From assembly GCA_047495785.1 (NCBI GenBank), contig JBLDXI010000021.1, positions 558,001 to 622,000 of the forward strand: a stretch of 64,000 nt of DNA, in the 5' to 3' direction. A program made the position numbers and the translations under genes. Every line of letters starts with the position of its first letter. The first letter of the stretch is position 1. The stretch comes from Lepidodermella squamata. Its lineage: Eukaryota > Animalia > Gastrotricha. The notes under the pieces were generated by a model. That model did not search any database. It saw only the letters and a list, made by a program, of their open reading frames with translations, and was not told the DNA's origin. Of the stretch, positions 63,758 to 64,000 are shown piece after piece.

Positions 63758-64000
63758 GTAAATTGGCATTCCTACTTAGTTTTTTAGGATTTAATTGGCT
63801 ACCACTAGCGAGCAGGGTTGCATAATTATAAAGACCTGAGGTACCAAAATTTTGAACAAATTGCGATCAGGGACATTAGAATGATTCGAACGTCATTTCA
63901 AAAGTATGGAAATTAGGGGAAAATAAATTCTACAAAGTAAAAGCATTTAAAGTATCTTAAAACTGGAATCGAAATATGCTGGAAAAATGCAAATGATATG

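Overview
This is gene-dense eukaryotic DNA, very probably from a compact invertebrate animal genome. About 24 host protein-coding genes are recognisable, most with short GT-AG introns of roughly 50-60 nt, which is why the ORF track is fragmented. Housekeeping genes sit in same-strand runs, mostly 110-260 bp apart: SR-protein tail-CRAT-SLCO-metaxin-MED14-ankyrin; AT-hook-RAD21; PIN1-ClC; HEAT-TTC41-like; AGPS-ACBD6-RNF26-Dr1-like. Nearly all have a T-rich TAG acceptor just before the ATG, which suggests SL trans-spliced operons. A complete, young 5.6-kb Ginger-type DNA transposon (15569-21165) has 229-bp TIRs, a TTGA target duplication, a six-exon DDE integrase and a second, orphan ORF. A TA-flanked MITE lies at 49219-49597. 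Two local secreted-protein families are present: three Cys-rich 'GGRRWWNC' proteins, and three CUB-mucin-trypsin proteins, two of them catalytically dead. The most unusual proteins are a stand-alone TAZ1-like zinc finger with a predicted transmembrane anchor, a ClC-3/4/5 homolog lacking the central Tyr, a Pin1 with no visible WW domain, and an AGPS with a PTS1 plus a degenerate PTS2-like motif. Gene names come from recalled motifs only; no searches were run.
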